Of a DNA stretch of 57,964 nt, positions 36,189 to 45,739 are shown piece after piece. The notes beneath the pieces are model-generated. The model was not told the DNA's origin. It saw only the letters and a program-made list of their open reading frames with translations, and did no database searches. Both the position numbers and the translations under genes were made by a program. Positions within the stretch are counted from its first letter, which is position 1, and the number at the start of each line of letters is the position of its first letter. This DNA is from Deltaproteobacteria bacterium. GTDB taxonomy: Bacteria > Bdellovibrionota_F > JAHFAK01. The DNA lies in assembly GCA_023250585.1 (NCBI GenBank), contig JAHFAK010000002.1, forward strand, positions 2,514-60,477, in the 5' to 3' direction.

Positions 36189-36326
36189 CTTCGCATACCA
36201 TCGTTACTCCTTGTCTCGTCATTGCGGCGTAACTAAGAGTACGCCTCATTCCTCGACTTCGTCGTGCCTTGGTCTGCTCGTTTTTGCGTCGTGTATACGC
36301 AATTTTTTATATCGTTGTGTATAGAA
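36171..36326. mobile_element. MITE-like element (family 3, copy 1) with 13-bp terminal inverted repeats
   Basis: GTATACACGACGC (36171-36183) pairs with GCGTCGTGTATAC (36286-36298). It matches 49645-49838. Its left end encodes the last codons YTTP and the stop of the upstream ORF. Confidence 0.8.
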
Positions 36327-36360
36327 TAGATTTAAAAGGATTGGCCAAATGACTGAACCT

Positions 36361-38472
36361 CTAAACATTCCCTTGATTGAGATCAACAACTCTATATCTC
36401 ACTCCATCATCAGCGTAATAGAGAATATGAAGATTATTATTTGTATCAATCATTGCTGAGACGAGATTTTGTAAATATTGAAAATGGGAAATTTTTGTAT
36501 CCTCAAATGAAAGAGAAACTTTATTTATGGTGATAGTTTGTATCTCTTGTAAGTCGTCTCCTTGTATTTTATATAAATAAAGTGTTTTGTTTTTCTTGCT
36601 AAATGCAAGTATAAATACTTCGTCTTTGTGATTAATGAGCAATTTATGTAAAATGATTTTCTTATCAAACGTTATATGATGTAGTATTTTATTTTTTACT
36701 ACAGCGTAATGAAGTACGGGCTGGCTGTTATCCTGCTGATCAATATAGGTTATAATTGCATCTCCTCGCGAATTAAAAATTGCATTATTAATTTTTTCAG
36801 CAATAGCATGATGTAGTTTCAATGACTTAGTTTGCGAAGCAATAATGTTCATAAATTCTGCTTTTTTTGTTGAGTCGATGGGTAGCGTAATATTTTTTTT
36901 AATTCCTCCTTTCTCAACAGAATAAACCGATCCATTAAAAATCAGTGGTTCTAAATCCTTTTCTAAAACAAGCGGTGTAATTGTTTGAGGATTATCTAAA
37001 GTATTATGTGCGAGAACAAGCGATCCATCCTGCAGTTTTAAGAGGTGACTGATGATTGTTAATTCCTTGGTGTGATAGAATCCAAATTCTAGAGGTATTG
37101 TTTCTAAAAGGGCATAAGGAAATTTGCTTATAAAGTCCTTTTCTTCATAGAGTCTATGTGTCAATAAATTTTGGCTATATAAGGTGTTTGGGTTGAGTCC
37201 GCTAAAAAATAAATAATTTGAATCATACGCATCTTTCCAAAAATGAATGTTTGGATGCCCTGTTTTCGTGAGTGTATCTTCGATGGCTTCTTCATTGTTT
37301 TGATTCTTTTGCGCGCTATATTTAAAGTTTGAAGCATTATATCGGGGATAGGTAAAAATATAATCATCCATCAATTTACTGAGCACTCCTACCGTCAGAA
37401 TCGTTTTTTCCTTATCGATGCCAACACTCAAATCAAACGGTGTTCCTTTAAACCTCAGAGAAGATTCTTTTTTTATTCCCAAATTTTTGTCAGATAATGT
37501 GCACATTGCCAGATGCGCATTTTGATCAATAATACCAACGACCGGAGCGTCTTTAGTACTTACTGTTGAAAAAAGTGCGACATTTTCTTGAATGAGATTT
37601 CCCGTCCATTTCCCTTCATGAACAGAGTAATGATAGAGCTTGTTCTTATCATCACGTAACACAAGATGAGGTAGCTGGGAAGCATCGAAGACAATTTCTT
37701 TTTTGGTAATTTTATTTCCTATTTCTAACCAATCGAGTGTAGTCCACATGGAATTTTTTTGATACAACAAGCTGATTGATGTTCCATCGTCACTAACAAC
37801 TGCAATGTAGGGCACATTTTCTTCGTTAATAAAAAGTTCGTGTAATTTACATTGAGGGGAGAACGTATCGCTTGGAGTATGTCGAGTACTATCATTGCCA
37901 GTGATCTTTACATATATAATGTGTCCAGAAATTATATTGCAATAGCTTGCATGAATCATTCCTTCTCTATCAGTTTTTATATAAAAAAAGTCGTAGATTC
38001 CTGCGCGGTTTTCTGAAAGCAACAATGAAGGATCGGTATCTTCCTCGAGTATTTTTTTTGGTACCACTTTTATTTCATTTTTTGGAGGGAACGAAGGTTT
38101 CTCTTGAGGCCCGTCTTGTTGTTTTTCTTTTACTTCTTGGTTTTTACTTTTTGATGGAGCTTCTAATATATCTATTGTAGCTTTTGGTTTTGTTTTTTGA
38201 GGAAGAGGAAGAGTCGGAACTTGAATGATTGGTTCTTCGGGTACGGAATTTTCATGTGAGGGCACTTCTTCCGGCTTGGGTTCTTGTATTGGTGCTTCGA
38301 TTATTATTGGTTCTTCTTTGGTTTTTTTAACTTCAGGTTCTTTGCTATGGTTTTTAGGTTCTTTTTCTTCTTCGTGGTGCACATCTACAATGTGCTGCTT
38401 TCTATTATGTTCTTTTGGCTTGCTACAGGAAAAAATCTGAAAACTCATTACAAGAATACATAAAATTTTCAT
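36361..38472 (-). CDS. Large lipoprotein with a Lys/Glu/Pro-rich linker, function unknown
   Basis: Lipobox SFQIFSC. Residues ~20-150 are low-complexity KEP-rich. No recognisable catalytic motif. Confidence 0.6.
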   Translation of the reverse strand: MKILCILVMSFQIFSCSKPKEHNRKQHIVDVHHEEEKEPKNHSKEPEVKKTKEEPIIIEAPIQEPKPEEVPSHENSVPEEPIIQVPTLPLPQKTKPKATIDILEAPSKSKNQEVKEKQQDGPQEKPSFPPKNEIKVVPKKILEEDTDPSLLLSENRAGIYDFFYIKTDREGMIHASYCNIISGHIIYVKITGNDSTRHTPSDTFSPQCKLHELFINEENVPYIAVVSDDGTSISLLYQKNSMWTTLDWLEIGNKITKKEIVFDASQLPHLVLRDDKNKLYHYSVHEGKWTGNLIQENVALFSTVSTKDAPVVGIIDQNAHLAMCTLSDKNLGIKKESSLRFKGTPFDLSVGIDKEKTILTVGVLSKLMDDYIFTYPRYNASNFKYSAQKNQNNEEAIEDTLTKTGHPNIHFWKDAYDSNYLFFSGLNPNTLYSQNLLTHRLYEEKDFISKFPYALLETIPLEFGFYHTKELTIISHLLKLQDGSLVLAHNTLDNPQTITPLVLEKDLEPLIFNGSVYSVEKGGIKKNITLPIDSTKKAEFMNIIASQTKSLKLHHAIAEKINNAIFNSRGDAIITYIDQQDNSQPVLHYAVVKNKILHHITFDKKIILHKLLINHKDEVFILAFSKKNKTLYLYKIQGDDLQEIQTITINKVSLSFEDTKISHFQYLQNLVSAMIDTNNNLHILYYADDGVRYRVVDLNQGNV

Positions 38473-38493
38473 TTATTGTACTTCAGAATATAC

Positions 38494-39501
38494 TTATACA
38501 TTAAATCTAAAATTAATAATATCGCCATCTTTAACAATATATTCTTTGCCTTCGAGGCGAAGTTTACCAGCTTCTTTTGCTTTGTGAAGGGAGCCAAGTT
38601 CAATGAATTCTTGAAAGTTAATTACTTCGGCACGAATGAAGCCACGTTCGATGTCTGAATGGATTTTGCCTGCGGCTTTTTGCGCGTTGATTCCTTTGGG
38701 AATATCCCAGGAGCGAACTTCATCTTCACCGACGGTAAAAAAAGGAATGAGGTGTAGTTGTTTGTATGCTTCCAGTAAAAGTCGATCTTTCGCAGATTCA
38801 GTGAGGCCAAAATCTTGCAAGAATGCATTTTTTTCTTCACGATTTAATGAAGCAATCTCTTCTTCTATTTTACAACAGAGTTTTAGAACATTTTTTTCGA
38901 GTGGAAAATCTTTTTTGAGAATCTCTTCGCTACAATTAACAATATGAATAAGTGGTATTTGTGATAAGAATCTGAATCCCGCAATTTCTTTTAATTCATG
39001 TTCTTCGAGGTGCATATTTCGAAGAGGTGTATTTTCTTCTAATCCTTTAAGAATTTTTTCTAATAATTCTTTATCATTACTTTTCTTGCCTTCTCTTTTA
39101 CTTCGTTCGAGACGATTTTCAATAATGGATGCATCATTAATAATACATTCAGTTTCGATGTCATTGATGGAAGATTTCAGCTTTTTGGAGAGTTCTTGCA
39201 GATCATCAGTCGTGTAGCTATTATGAATAGCTACAATAAGATCAACTTTTTTAATTTCTTCGAGGCATTTTTTACTTAAGGCATTTTCTCGAAGATCATA
39301 TTCATAGCCCGGAAAATCCTGGAACAATACTTCAGAAGGCGTAAGTTTTTTTGGTTTAAAAACCTCTACAAGTTTCTCCAAACGTTCGTCGGGGATTTTT
39401 ACTACACAGACATTTGATTTGGTAGGAGAACTGCTATCGCTCAGTGAATTAAATAGAGTCGTTTTTCCGCTTCCTAAAAAACCAATAATGCCAACTTTCA
39501 T
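38494..39501 (-). CDS. ychF: YchF/OLA1-type ribosome-binding ATPase (short form, divergent P-loop)
   Basis: N-terminal GFLGSGKTTLFNSL and C-terminal YchF domain FFTVGEDEVRSWDIPKG..AAGKIHSDIERGFIRAEV...GKEYIVKDGDIINFRFNV. Confidence 0.8.
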   Translation of the reverse strand: MKVGIIGFLGSGKTTLFNSLSDSSSPTKSNVCVVKIPDERLEKLVEVFKPKKLTPSEVLFQDFPGYEYDLRENALSKKCLEEIKKVDLIVAIHNSYTTDDLQELSKKLKSSINDIETECIINDASIIENRLERSKREGKKSNDKELLEKILKGLEENTPLRNMHLEEHELKEIAGFRFLSQIPLIHIVNCSEEILKKDFPLEKNVLKLCCKIEEEIASLNREEKNAFLQDFGLTESAKDRLLLEAYKQLHLIPFFTVGEDEVRSWDIPKGINAQKAAGKIHSDIERGFIRAEVINFQEFIELGSLHKAKEAGKLRLEGKEYIVKDGDIINFRFNV

Positions 39502-39529
39502 TTTTTTTCCTTCTACCTAGAGTTTATTT

Positions 39530-39644
39530 GGATGGAGTAGAGATGTTCTTTTTCTGTTTTCTATCGACGTCGCTTCCATAATACTATTAAGAACAGGAAA
39601 GCGCGATCGATAGAAAATAGAAAAAGAACATCTCTACTCCATCC
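39530..39644. repeat. 115-bp palindromic element (family 1, copy B, inverted relative to copy A)
   Basis: Arm GGATGGAGTAGAGATGTTCTTTTTCTGTTTTCTATCGACGTCGCTTCC pairs with its near-complement. The loop is the reverse complement of the copy A loop (TTCTTAATAGT core). Confidence 0.85.
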
Positions 39645-39663
39645 TGAAAGATCTTTAGGCTTC

Positions 39664-39691
39664 TTGACATTACAATCCTATTGCCTATAGT
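39664..39691 (+). promoter_or_regulatory. Candidate sigma-70 promoter
   Basis: TTGACA (39664-39669), a 16-nt spacer, then TATAGT (39686-39691). Confidence 0.4.
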
Positions 39692-39869
39692 CCGGCTCAT
39701 TTATTTACCCGCAGGAGATAATTTTTGCAAGGAGATTCTATGCAAAATAATAATGCCTCAGTTGAGGTAAGTTAATAACTGAGCCATTACAAGGGAAGCT
39801 CAAAAACTATTTACAATGAATATAGTTTTTGTTACGCTTAGAAATTATAAAATATTTATGGAATTATAT

Positions 39870-40424
39870 ATGAACTATAAAACACTATTTTTTGTGATGA
39901 TTTTTATTATCGTTGGTTGCGATGCTCATATGCAAAAAGGTCTTGAAGTTTATCAAGAACGCTACACAGAGCCAGTAACTGACGCAAAAGTTGATAGAAC
40001 TAGATTCTTCATGATTGAAGATGATGTTGATGCAGCATTTTCGGCAAGTGATACTCAACCCCGAGTAAAAATAAAACAAGAAGATGCAAAGCCAAAAGAA
40101 GGTGCCTTAAAACAAGTAACAAAAGCCGAGGTTCTTTCTGAAGCTGGAGTTCTCAAAGTTGTATTTCATGGCGATGGCGAATTAGATGCATTTAGAGTGA
40201 TTAAAAATCCTGAAAAAAAAGAAATCATGGTTGTGGTTAAAAATGTCGAGAATGCAGGTATAGCAAATACTCTTGATGCGAATTCTGATACATTAAAGAG
40301 AATTAAGATAGCACGCGATAAAACCCAAAAGCATTTTATCGTAATTTTTGAATTTTTTACCAATGCTCCTCTTCCAGAATTACAAGTACAAAAAGAAAAA
40401 GATGGTTTCTCCGTAAAGTTTTAA
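39870..40424 (+). CDS. Lipoprotein, function unknown
   Basis: The ATG at 39870 gives MNYKTLFFVMIFIIVGC (lipobox IVGC). The C-terminal half is faintly AMIN-domain-like, which is only an impression. Confidence 0.55.
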   Translation: MNYKTLFFVMIFIIVGCDAHMQKGLEVYQERYTEPVTDAKVDRTRFFMIEDDVDAAFSASDTQPRVKIKQEDAKPKEGALKQVTKAEVLSEAGVLKVVFHGDGELDAFRVIKNPEKKEIMVVVKNVENAGIANTLDANSDTLKRIKIARDKTQKHFIVIFEFFTNAPLPELQVQKEKDGFSVKF

Positions 40425-40430
40425 TTATTC

Positions 40431-40535
40431 ATGTTTAAATTCTTAAAGATTTTTTTTAGAGGTTTTTATTTATTTCTTCTTATTGCTGCCGTTATTATTA
40501 TTATTGTAGGAGTTTTTTATTCGTGGATGCGATAG
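40431..40535 (+). CDS. Possible 34-aa hydrophobic micropeptide
   Basis: MFKFLKIFFRGFYLFLLIAAVIIIIVGVFYSWMR contains a single TM-like helix. It starts 7 nt after the upstream stop and is below the ORF-track cutoff. Confidence 0.3.
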   Translation: MFKFLKIFFRGFYLFLLIAAVIIIIVGVFYSWMR

Positions 40536-40536
40536 C

Positions 40537-40661
40537 GGAAACCTCTAAAAACTACCCATCTACTTCGTTGCTTACAAATTCGCAATCCTCACGTATTGTC
40601 ATATACGTTCCGGTTGCAAATTTGTAAGCGCCTTGTATCTGGGCACTTTTTAGAGGTCCCC
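40537..40661. repeat. Imperfect 125-bp palindromic element (family 4)
   Basis: ACCTCTAAAAACTACCCATCTAC...GCTTACAAATTCGCAA pairs with TTGCAAATTTGTAAGC...GCACTTTTTAGAGGT. It lies between convergent genes. Confidence 0.8.
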
Positions 40662-40724
40662 CAAAAAAGATAGTTATAAGAGGTACCCTAGATGCAATCG
40701 AGTGAACCGTTTCAAGGACAATTT

Positions 40725-41282
40725 TTATTCTTTTTCGACAATAATTTCAGGATCAAATTCGCTTTGTAATAAATTTTGAATTGCATTCAGGGTTCCCATT
40801 GCTGCACTAGGACAAGACCCACAAGCTCCTTGATAGAAAATTTTTAGGGTCTTATTCTCGTAGCTGAGCACCCGTAAATCACCGCCATCTTGTTGTAAAG
40901 CAGGACGAACGCGTGCATCTAAAATTGCATTAATCTGGGCAAGTGCAGCATCTGCGTCATTGACCTTTTTGATATTTTGTGAAGCATTTTTCGCAAGATG
41001 TGGATCATGAGTTCCGATCTTATCGGTAATTGCTGTTCGTATTTTTTCTTGGATAGTATCCCAATCAGCGCTCCCATTTTGAGAAACGGTAATAAAGTTA
41101 TCAAAGAAGTAAACCTCTGTAATGGCATTGGATACTTGGAAGATAGCCTTTGCTAAAGGGTTATCTTCAGATTCTTTTATACTGGTGTAGGTGCAATTTC
41201 CCTCTGCTATGACCCTTGTGTTCAAGACAAACTTTAATGCATTTGGATTTGGGGTATGTTCAATGGTTAAATGTGTATTCAT
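40725..41282 (-). CDS. Nfu/NifU-type Fe-S cluster scaffold protein
   Basis: Nfu_N-like N-terminus (HTPNPNALKF) and a NifU C-terminal domain with GACGSCPS. The ATG at 41282 has AAGGAG 8 nt upstream. Confidence 0.8.
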   Translation of the reverse strand: MNTHLTIEHTPNPNALKFVLNTRVIAEGNCTYTSIKESEDNPLAKAIFQVSNAITEVYFFDNFITVSQNGSADWDTIQEKIRTAITDKIGTHDPHLAKNASQNIKKVNDADAALAQINAILDARVRPALQQDGGDLRVLSYENKTLKIFYQGACGSCPSAAMGTLNAIQNLLQSEFDPEIIVEKE

Positions 41283-41457
41283 AAGAAACTCCTTAGTTAG
41301 GTAATTTGTTCGTACTCTATAACTTATAGAATACATCATCTATTGTGTCTAGCTAAAAGGGATAATAGCTCAGCTGATTTAATTATAATGCAAAATATAA
41401 ATATTTATTGACTATTATTTGTCTTATGCTAGAGATGAATCAGTAGCTATTAAAATT

Positions 41458-43857
41458 ATGGTGGGGAAAAAAATCATACACAATTTTCTTTTGATATATT
41501 TATTAGTAATCGGAGGAAATCTTAACGCTACAACTCGATGTGATCCATTTAGCCATCTGAGATCTAAACCTGAATCAAAAAAACCAATTAATGATCTTGA
41601 TAGCACAGAATATGCATTTCATAATTATGATTTAGATCCTCTGTATTTACATGTCACTTCTTTATTACCAGGAAGAGTTGGAAGAACACAGGAAGTAATT
41701 CAGTTGATGGGATTGTATTTACCTTACAAGTGGTGTTCAGTAGAAGAAGTTTATAGCTATAAGACATTATTGAGTTATGCAGATGAAAACAATTGGAAAA
41801 ATAAAACTGAATCTGTAAGCAATAGTCTCAAGTCTTTATATAGAGATCTTGAAAAACTGGTGAGAAGTAAGGACGCTGGTGTTTATAAGCAGAAAAATAA
41901 GAATAAAAATGAATACCGCAATTGGCCATCGCTGACTGAAGGATTAGTCGTCGTTTCTCGATTGAATAGATTAAAAGAGTATCTTGTTCATCCTAATGAA
42001 AATATTAAATCTAAGGGATGGGAAGAAGTTTGGACATTACTTACCCATACTGAAAAAGCTTTGCGCCATAGAGGTTGGTTTGTTCTTGTTTCTACTTTAG
42101 GTAGTGCAGATAAAGCTGCTTCAGAAGTAGCATGGCAAAAATTTTGGGAGTTACACAATACCTGGAAAGAGGAAGAACGAGAAGATCGTCTCTTGGAAAT
42201 GCTCGATCATTTTTCAATTATCAATGATGAATTTAGGAAAAATATTGCACAAGAATTATCAAAAATACTCGGTGATGAGAATAAAACAAAACGAGAATCT
42301 GCTTCATTTATATTATTAACAGCCATTACCTCACATACTGAAAACTACAGGAAAGGTGTGAAAGAGACTGTTAATGAAGCTATAGAAAAAGCTGGTCAGA
42401 TTGATGCTCAATATTATGGAGAATTTCTTGTTAAAGCACTCGGTATTCCTGAGTCTTCCCAATTCGCACGAGAGAAAATTGAGCGTTTTCTTGATGATAA
42501 AAGCTCACAAGATAAAACTCTTAATTCTCTGATGAAGGTCTTAGAGGGAAACAATATCGATCTCAATGCTCGAATAATTAAAATTTTCGCTACGGTTGAT
42601 GCGAGAATACTGGCTTCAAAAAAAGAAGAAATTCAGTCATTAGCAAGAGCGACAAAAGATCCAACGGTTCGCTATTGGATGAAAGTGTTAGAAAAGCGAA
42701 TTTGGGGAAGTTCTATTATACTTATTCCTGAAGCTACATTGGTTCCGGTAACAGTCGAAGAATTATTTGAACACGTTGGTCTTCCGATTGGACTTTTTTG
42801 GGATGGACAAAACAAATTGTTACAAACAATTCCTGAAGAAAAAACGGGAAAAACTGTTTTGATGCCTGCTGTTCGAGATCCTCGCATTTATCATCGTGAG
42901 ACTATTCATTATCGTTCAATTGGAAGCGGGCCTCCACCCCAAGAAATTGCACAGGGAGCATTTACGATCGTTGGAAAAGGAAATGGAATGCCGGGATGGC
43001 CAGCATGGGGATATAATGATTCACTTGGTCTTAATACACAACATTTTAGAGGAGGAGAAAATACTTTTGTTGTTAACCATGTGATAGATGCCTTACTTGC
43101 TGCCAAAGAAGAATACGAAGAAGTTCGAAAAAAAGACCCACTCTTTCAAAGTGAAAAATTTTGGCGGCCATATTATGTTCCTATTGCAAAGGTTAAAATC
43201 ACGAGCCTTCCAAAGCCAAGTAGCGATGGAAAAGAAATAGCGCTTTTCCCAAGCCAAGAAGTTCTTGATGAACTTAAAGTGCCGCGAGATATTCAGAAAC
43301 AACAGATTACTTTTTTCTATGGTTTTTATGGAGTTCCCTATCGATTAGATGAAGCAGATTCACTTACCTTATTTCAAAGAATGCAAGTTGCTGCTTCATA
43401 TGGCTTTCCTGAGCATGATATTTTGGATAGAGCTATCTCATCGAGAGTTTTGATTATGTTTGCTGGTCGCTTAGCTGAAAGCATCACTCTTAAACACTTT
43501 TATCTAAGAGGGACATTTATTTCACCTGTGGTAGGTCGAGGTATAGTAAGCGCTCTTGCAAGTCATAATACAACCTTAAGTGCTAATGTACTCGATTGGG
43601 ATTCTGTAATCCATGGATATCCTGAAAAAAACAATGAGAGAGGAGCACATCTTATTTATCAGCAGATGGATTATAAAAATGCTCAATTGCGTATAGAAGA
43701 ATTTGCTCAATTTCTTAAGGTAGAATCACAAGAGGCAATTGATGAATTTAAAAGATTAAGTAAAAGAGCTCACGACCAATGGCAAGATGATGTAGAAGAA
43801 AATTTTCCCGAAGCGCGTTTTTCTGAAGACGGAACTTTAGAACTTACTACTCAATAA
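41458..43857 (+). CDS. Large secreted hypothetical protein, helical-repeat-rich N-terminal half
   Basis: The first in-frame ATG, at 41458, gives a signal-like MVGKKIIHNFLLIYLLVIGGNLNA. No recognised motif. Confidence 0.55.
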   Translation: MVGKKIIHNFLLIYLLVIGGNLNATTRCDPFSHLRSKPESKKPINDLDSTEYAFHNYDLDPLYLHVTSLLPGRVGRTQEVIQLMGLYLPYKWCSVEEVYSYKTLLSYADENNWKNKTESVSNSLKSLYRDLEKLVRSKDAGVYKQKNKNKNEYRNWPSLTEGLVVVSRLNRLKEYLVHPNENIKSKGWEEVWTLLTHTEKALRHRGWFVLVSTLGSADKAASEVAWQKFWELHNTWKEEEREDRLLEMLDHFSIINDEFRKNIAQELSKILGDENKTKRESASFILLTAITSHTENYRKGVKETVNEAIEKAGQIDAQYYGEFLVKALGIPESSQFAREKIERFLDDKSSQDKTLNSLMKVLEGNNIDLNARIIKIFATVDARILASKKEEIQSLARATKDPTVRYWMKVLEKRIWGSSIILIPEATLVPVTVEELFEHVGLPIGLFWDGQNKLLQTIPEEKTGKTVLMPAVRDPRIYHRETIHYRSIGSGPPPQEIAQGAFTIVGKGNGMPGWPAWGYNDSLGLNTQHFRGGENTFVVNHVIDALLAAKEEYEEVRKKDPLFQSEKFWRPYYVPIAKVKITSLPKPSSDGKEIALFPSQEVLDELKVPRDIQKQQITFFYGFYGVPYRLDEADSLTLFQRMQVAASYGFPEHDILDRAISSRVLIMFAGRLAESITLKHFYLRGTFISPVVGRGIVSALASHNTTLSANVLDWDSVIHGYPEKNNERGAHLIYQQMDYKNAQLRIEEFAQFLKVESQEAIDEFKRLSKRAHDQWQDDVEENFPEARFSEDGTLELTTQ

Positions 43858-43891
43858 ATTTTATGTTCATAAGGTCATAAGGTGTGTTCAT

Positions 43892-43938
43892 AAGGTGTGA
43901 CGCTACTGCCGGTCCGTTTGGGTATAGGCATATAGTTG
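43892..43938 (+). repeat. Intergenic repeat (AAGGTGTGAC...CCGGTCC...GGGTATAGGCAT), copy 2
   Basis: Matches 20463-20509. It is preceded by three short direct repeats of (T)TCATAAGGT(GTG) at 43866-43900. Confidence 0.7.
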
Positions 43939-43971
43939 ACATCGCCTTCTTTTTTAAGAGAAGGTAGTTTT

Positions 43972-45297
43972 ATGAAATTCCAAAGCTCCGTATATAATAA
44001 TGCCATAAGTATTATACAAAAACTGACTGGTTCGGGTTTCAAAGCATACTTTGCCGGTGGGTGTGTCCGTGATTTCATTATGGGTAATACCATTGTGGAT
44101 ATTGATATTGCGACAAGTGCAACACCGGATGAAGTTGAACACTTATTTCCAAAAACATTTCCCGTGGGCAAACAATTTGGAGTTATTCTCGTTCATATAG
44201 ATGGGGTGGACTTTGAAATTGCAACTTTCCGCAGTGATGATAATTATAGTGATGGACGACGACCCGATAGCGTACGATTTACTAATGAAAAAGAAGATGT
44301 GCTTCGCCGTGATTTTACGATTAATGGACTTTTGTATGATCCGTTACAAGACAAAATCCTCGATTATATTGATGGCCAAAAAGATATAAACAATAAAATT
44401 ATCCGCACAATCGGTGATCCCGAAAAACGTTTTTCTGAAGACAAGCTTCGAATGATTCGTGCTATTCGTTTTGCAACACGATTTAATTTTTCAATTGAAG
44501 ATACAACCAAGAATGCCATTAAGAAATTAAAAGAAGAGATTACTCTCGTCAGCGCTGAACGAATTGGCGATGAGATCAGTAAAATTTTTACCGGACCTCA
44601 TAAACATATCGCTCTTGATCTTCTCGATGAAGTTGGATTGCTTGCGATTATTTTACCCGAAGTAAAGACAATGCAAAACGTTGCTCAGCCACCAGAATTT
44701 CATCCTGAAGGTGATGTATATATTCACACACGAATGATGCTTGAAGATACGCAAACAACTGATCTAGAACTTGCTCTTGCAATACTTTTACATGATATTG
44801 GCAAACCACCAACGTTTGATATTGCTGATCGCATTCGGTTCAATAATCATGATGTTGTAGGAAGCAAGATGGCTGAAGAGCTTTTACGACGTCTTAAATT
44901 TTCTAATGAAGTCATTAAAAAGGTTTGTGAGCTTGTTGGTGCACATATGAAATTCCGTCATGTGCCTGATATGAGAGAAGCAAAATTGAAGCGTTTCATT
45001 TTGGATCCGCTTTTCCCAAAACATCTTGAGCTTCATCGTGTGGACTGTCGTGCGAGTCATGGAAAGCTTGAAATATATGAATTGGCGAAAGAAAAATTAG
45101 ACATCTGGTCCAAGGAAAAAGCTGAACTTGAGAAACGAAAAAAGCTTATCACCGGTGATGATTTAATCGAACTTGGATTTAAACCCGGACCAAAATTTAA
45201 AGAAATCCTCGAATTTATCGAAGATGCGTATTTAGAAAATAAAATTCACACCAAGGAAGAAGGGATCGAACTGATACGAAGTGCCTTCTTAAGTTAG
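43972..45297 (+). CDS. cca: CCA-adding tRNA nucleotidyltransferase with HD domain
   Basis: GGCVRDFIMG....DIDIAT polymerase-beta-type motif, RDFTINGL, and the HD motif LLHDIGKP. Confidence 0.85.
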   Translation: MKFQSSVYNNAISIIQKLTGSGFKAYFAGGCVRDFIMGNTIVDIDIATSATPDEVEHLFPKTFPVGKQFGVILVHIDGVDFEIATFRSDDNYSDGRRPDSVRFTNEKEDVLRRDFTINGLLYDPLQDKILDYIDGQKDINNKIIRTIGDPEKRFSEDKLRMIRAIRFATRFNFSIEDTTKNAIKKLKEEITLVSAERIGDEISKIFTGPHKHIALDLLDEVGLLAIILPEVKTMQNVAQPPEFHPEGDVYIHTRMMLEDTQTTDLELALAILLHDIGKPPTFDIADRIRFNNHDVVGSKMAEELLRRLKFSNEVIKKVCELVGAHMKFRHVPDMREAKLKRFILDPLFPKHLELHRVDCRASHGKLEIYELAKEKLDIWSKEKAELEKRKKLITGDDLIELGFKPGPKFKEILEFIEDAYLENKIHTKEEGIELIRSAFLS

Positions 45298-45590
45298 TCA
45301 CTGTAAAGTGAATAACTTTAGATAATGAGATATCATTACGAAAGAACATTCTTTTTTTGACGATCGAGATCATCGATACACATCACATCCTGTTGAGCTG
45401 TAATTGTTTTTATTTTTATGTCACGTGAAAGGTTGGATGCTTTAGTACTACGTAAGCTTTTAATCCTCACGTCTGTAAGTTTTACATACTATTGATAATT
45501 TTTTATAAAAATACCATCATGTTTAAAGATTATTTTGCGGATATACTTCTTTTTCTTAAATAACTTTCGGCGAATTAATTTCAATAAATT

Positions 45591-45615
45591 CCTTACCTTA
45601 CCTTACCTTACCTTA
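45591..45615. repeat. Pentanucleotide microsatellite (CCTTA)5
   Basis: Five perfect tandem CCTTA units, located 31 nt upstream of a sigma-54-like -24 element. Confidence 0.9.
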
Positions 45616-45645
45616 CTATCCTTTACATATAAAATTTATGCAAAT

Positions 45646-45661
45646 TGGCATAAATACTGCA
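45646..45661 (+). promoter_or_regulatory. Candidate sigma-54 (-24/-12) promoter
   Basis: TGGCAT-AAATA-CTGCA with GG-N10-GC spacing, about 80 nt upstream of the ATG at 45740. Confidence 0.3.
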
Positions 45662-45739
45662 ATGAGTTAGTTACTGTAGGTTGTATATATCGATTGAGTG
45701 TTTATGGAGCAATTAATTTTTTTTAAGGAGGATTTTAGT

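Noticed and set aside
39740-39775. Mini-ORF MQNNNASVEVS with an AAGGAG RBS and a nearby 7-bp hairpin (CTCAGTT/AACTGAG), considered as an Asn-codon attenuation leader
   Set aside because: The downstream gene is an unknown lipoprotein with no link to Asn metabolism. The hairpin is short, there is no terminator U-tract and no alternative pairing is evident. This is too speculative.
45298-45739. Search for a tRNA, tmRNA or other structured RNA gene in the 440-bp cca-downstream intergenic region (and in 39502-39869 and 50881-51108)
   Set aside because: I could not find a cloverleaf-compatible acceptor or T-arm pairing, or other recognisable RNA gene signatures, by eye. A tRNAscan/Infernal run would be needed to exclude them formally.
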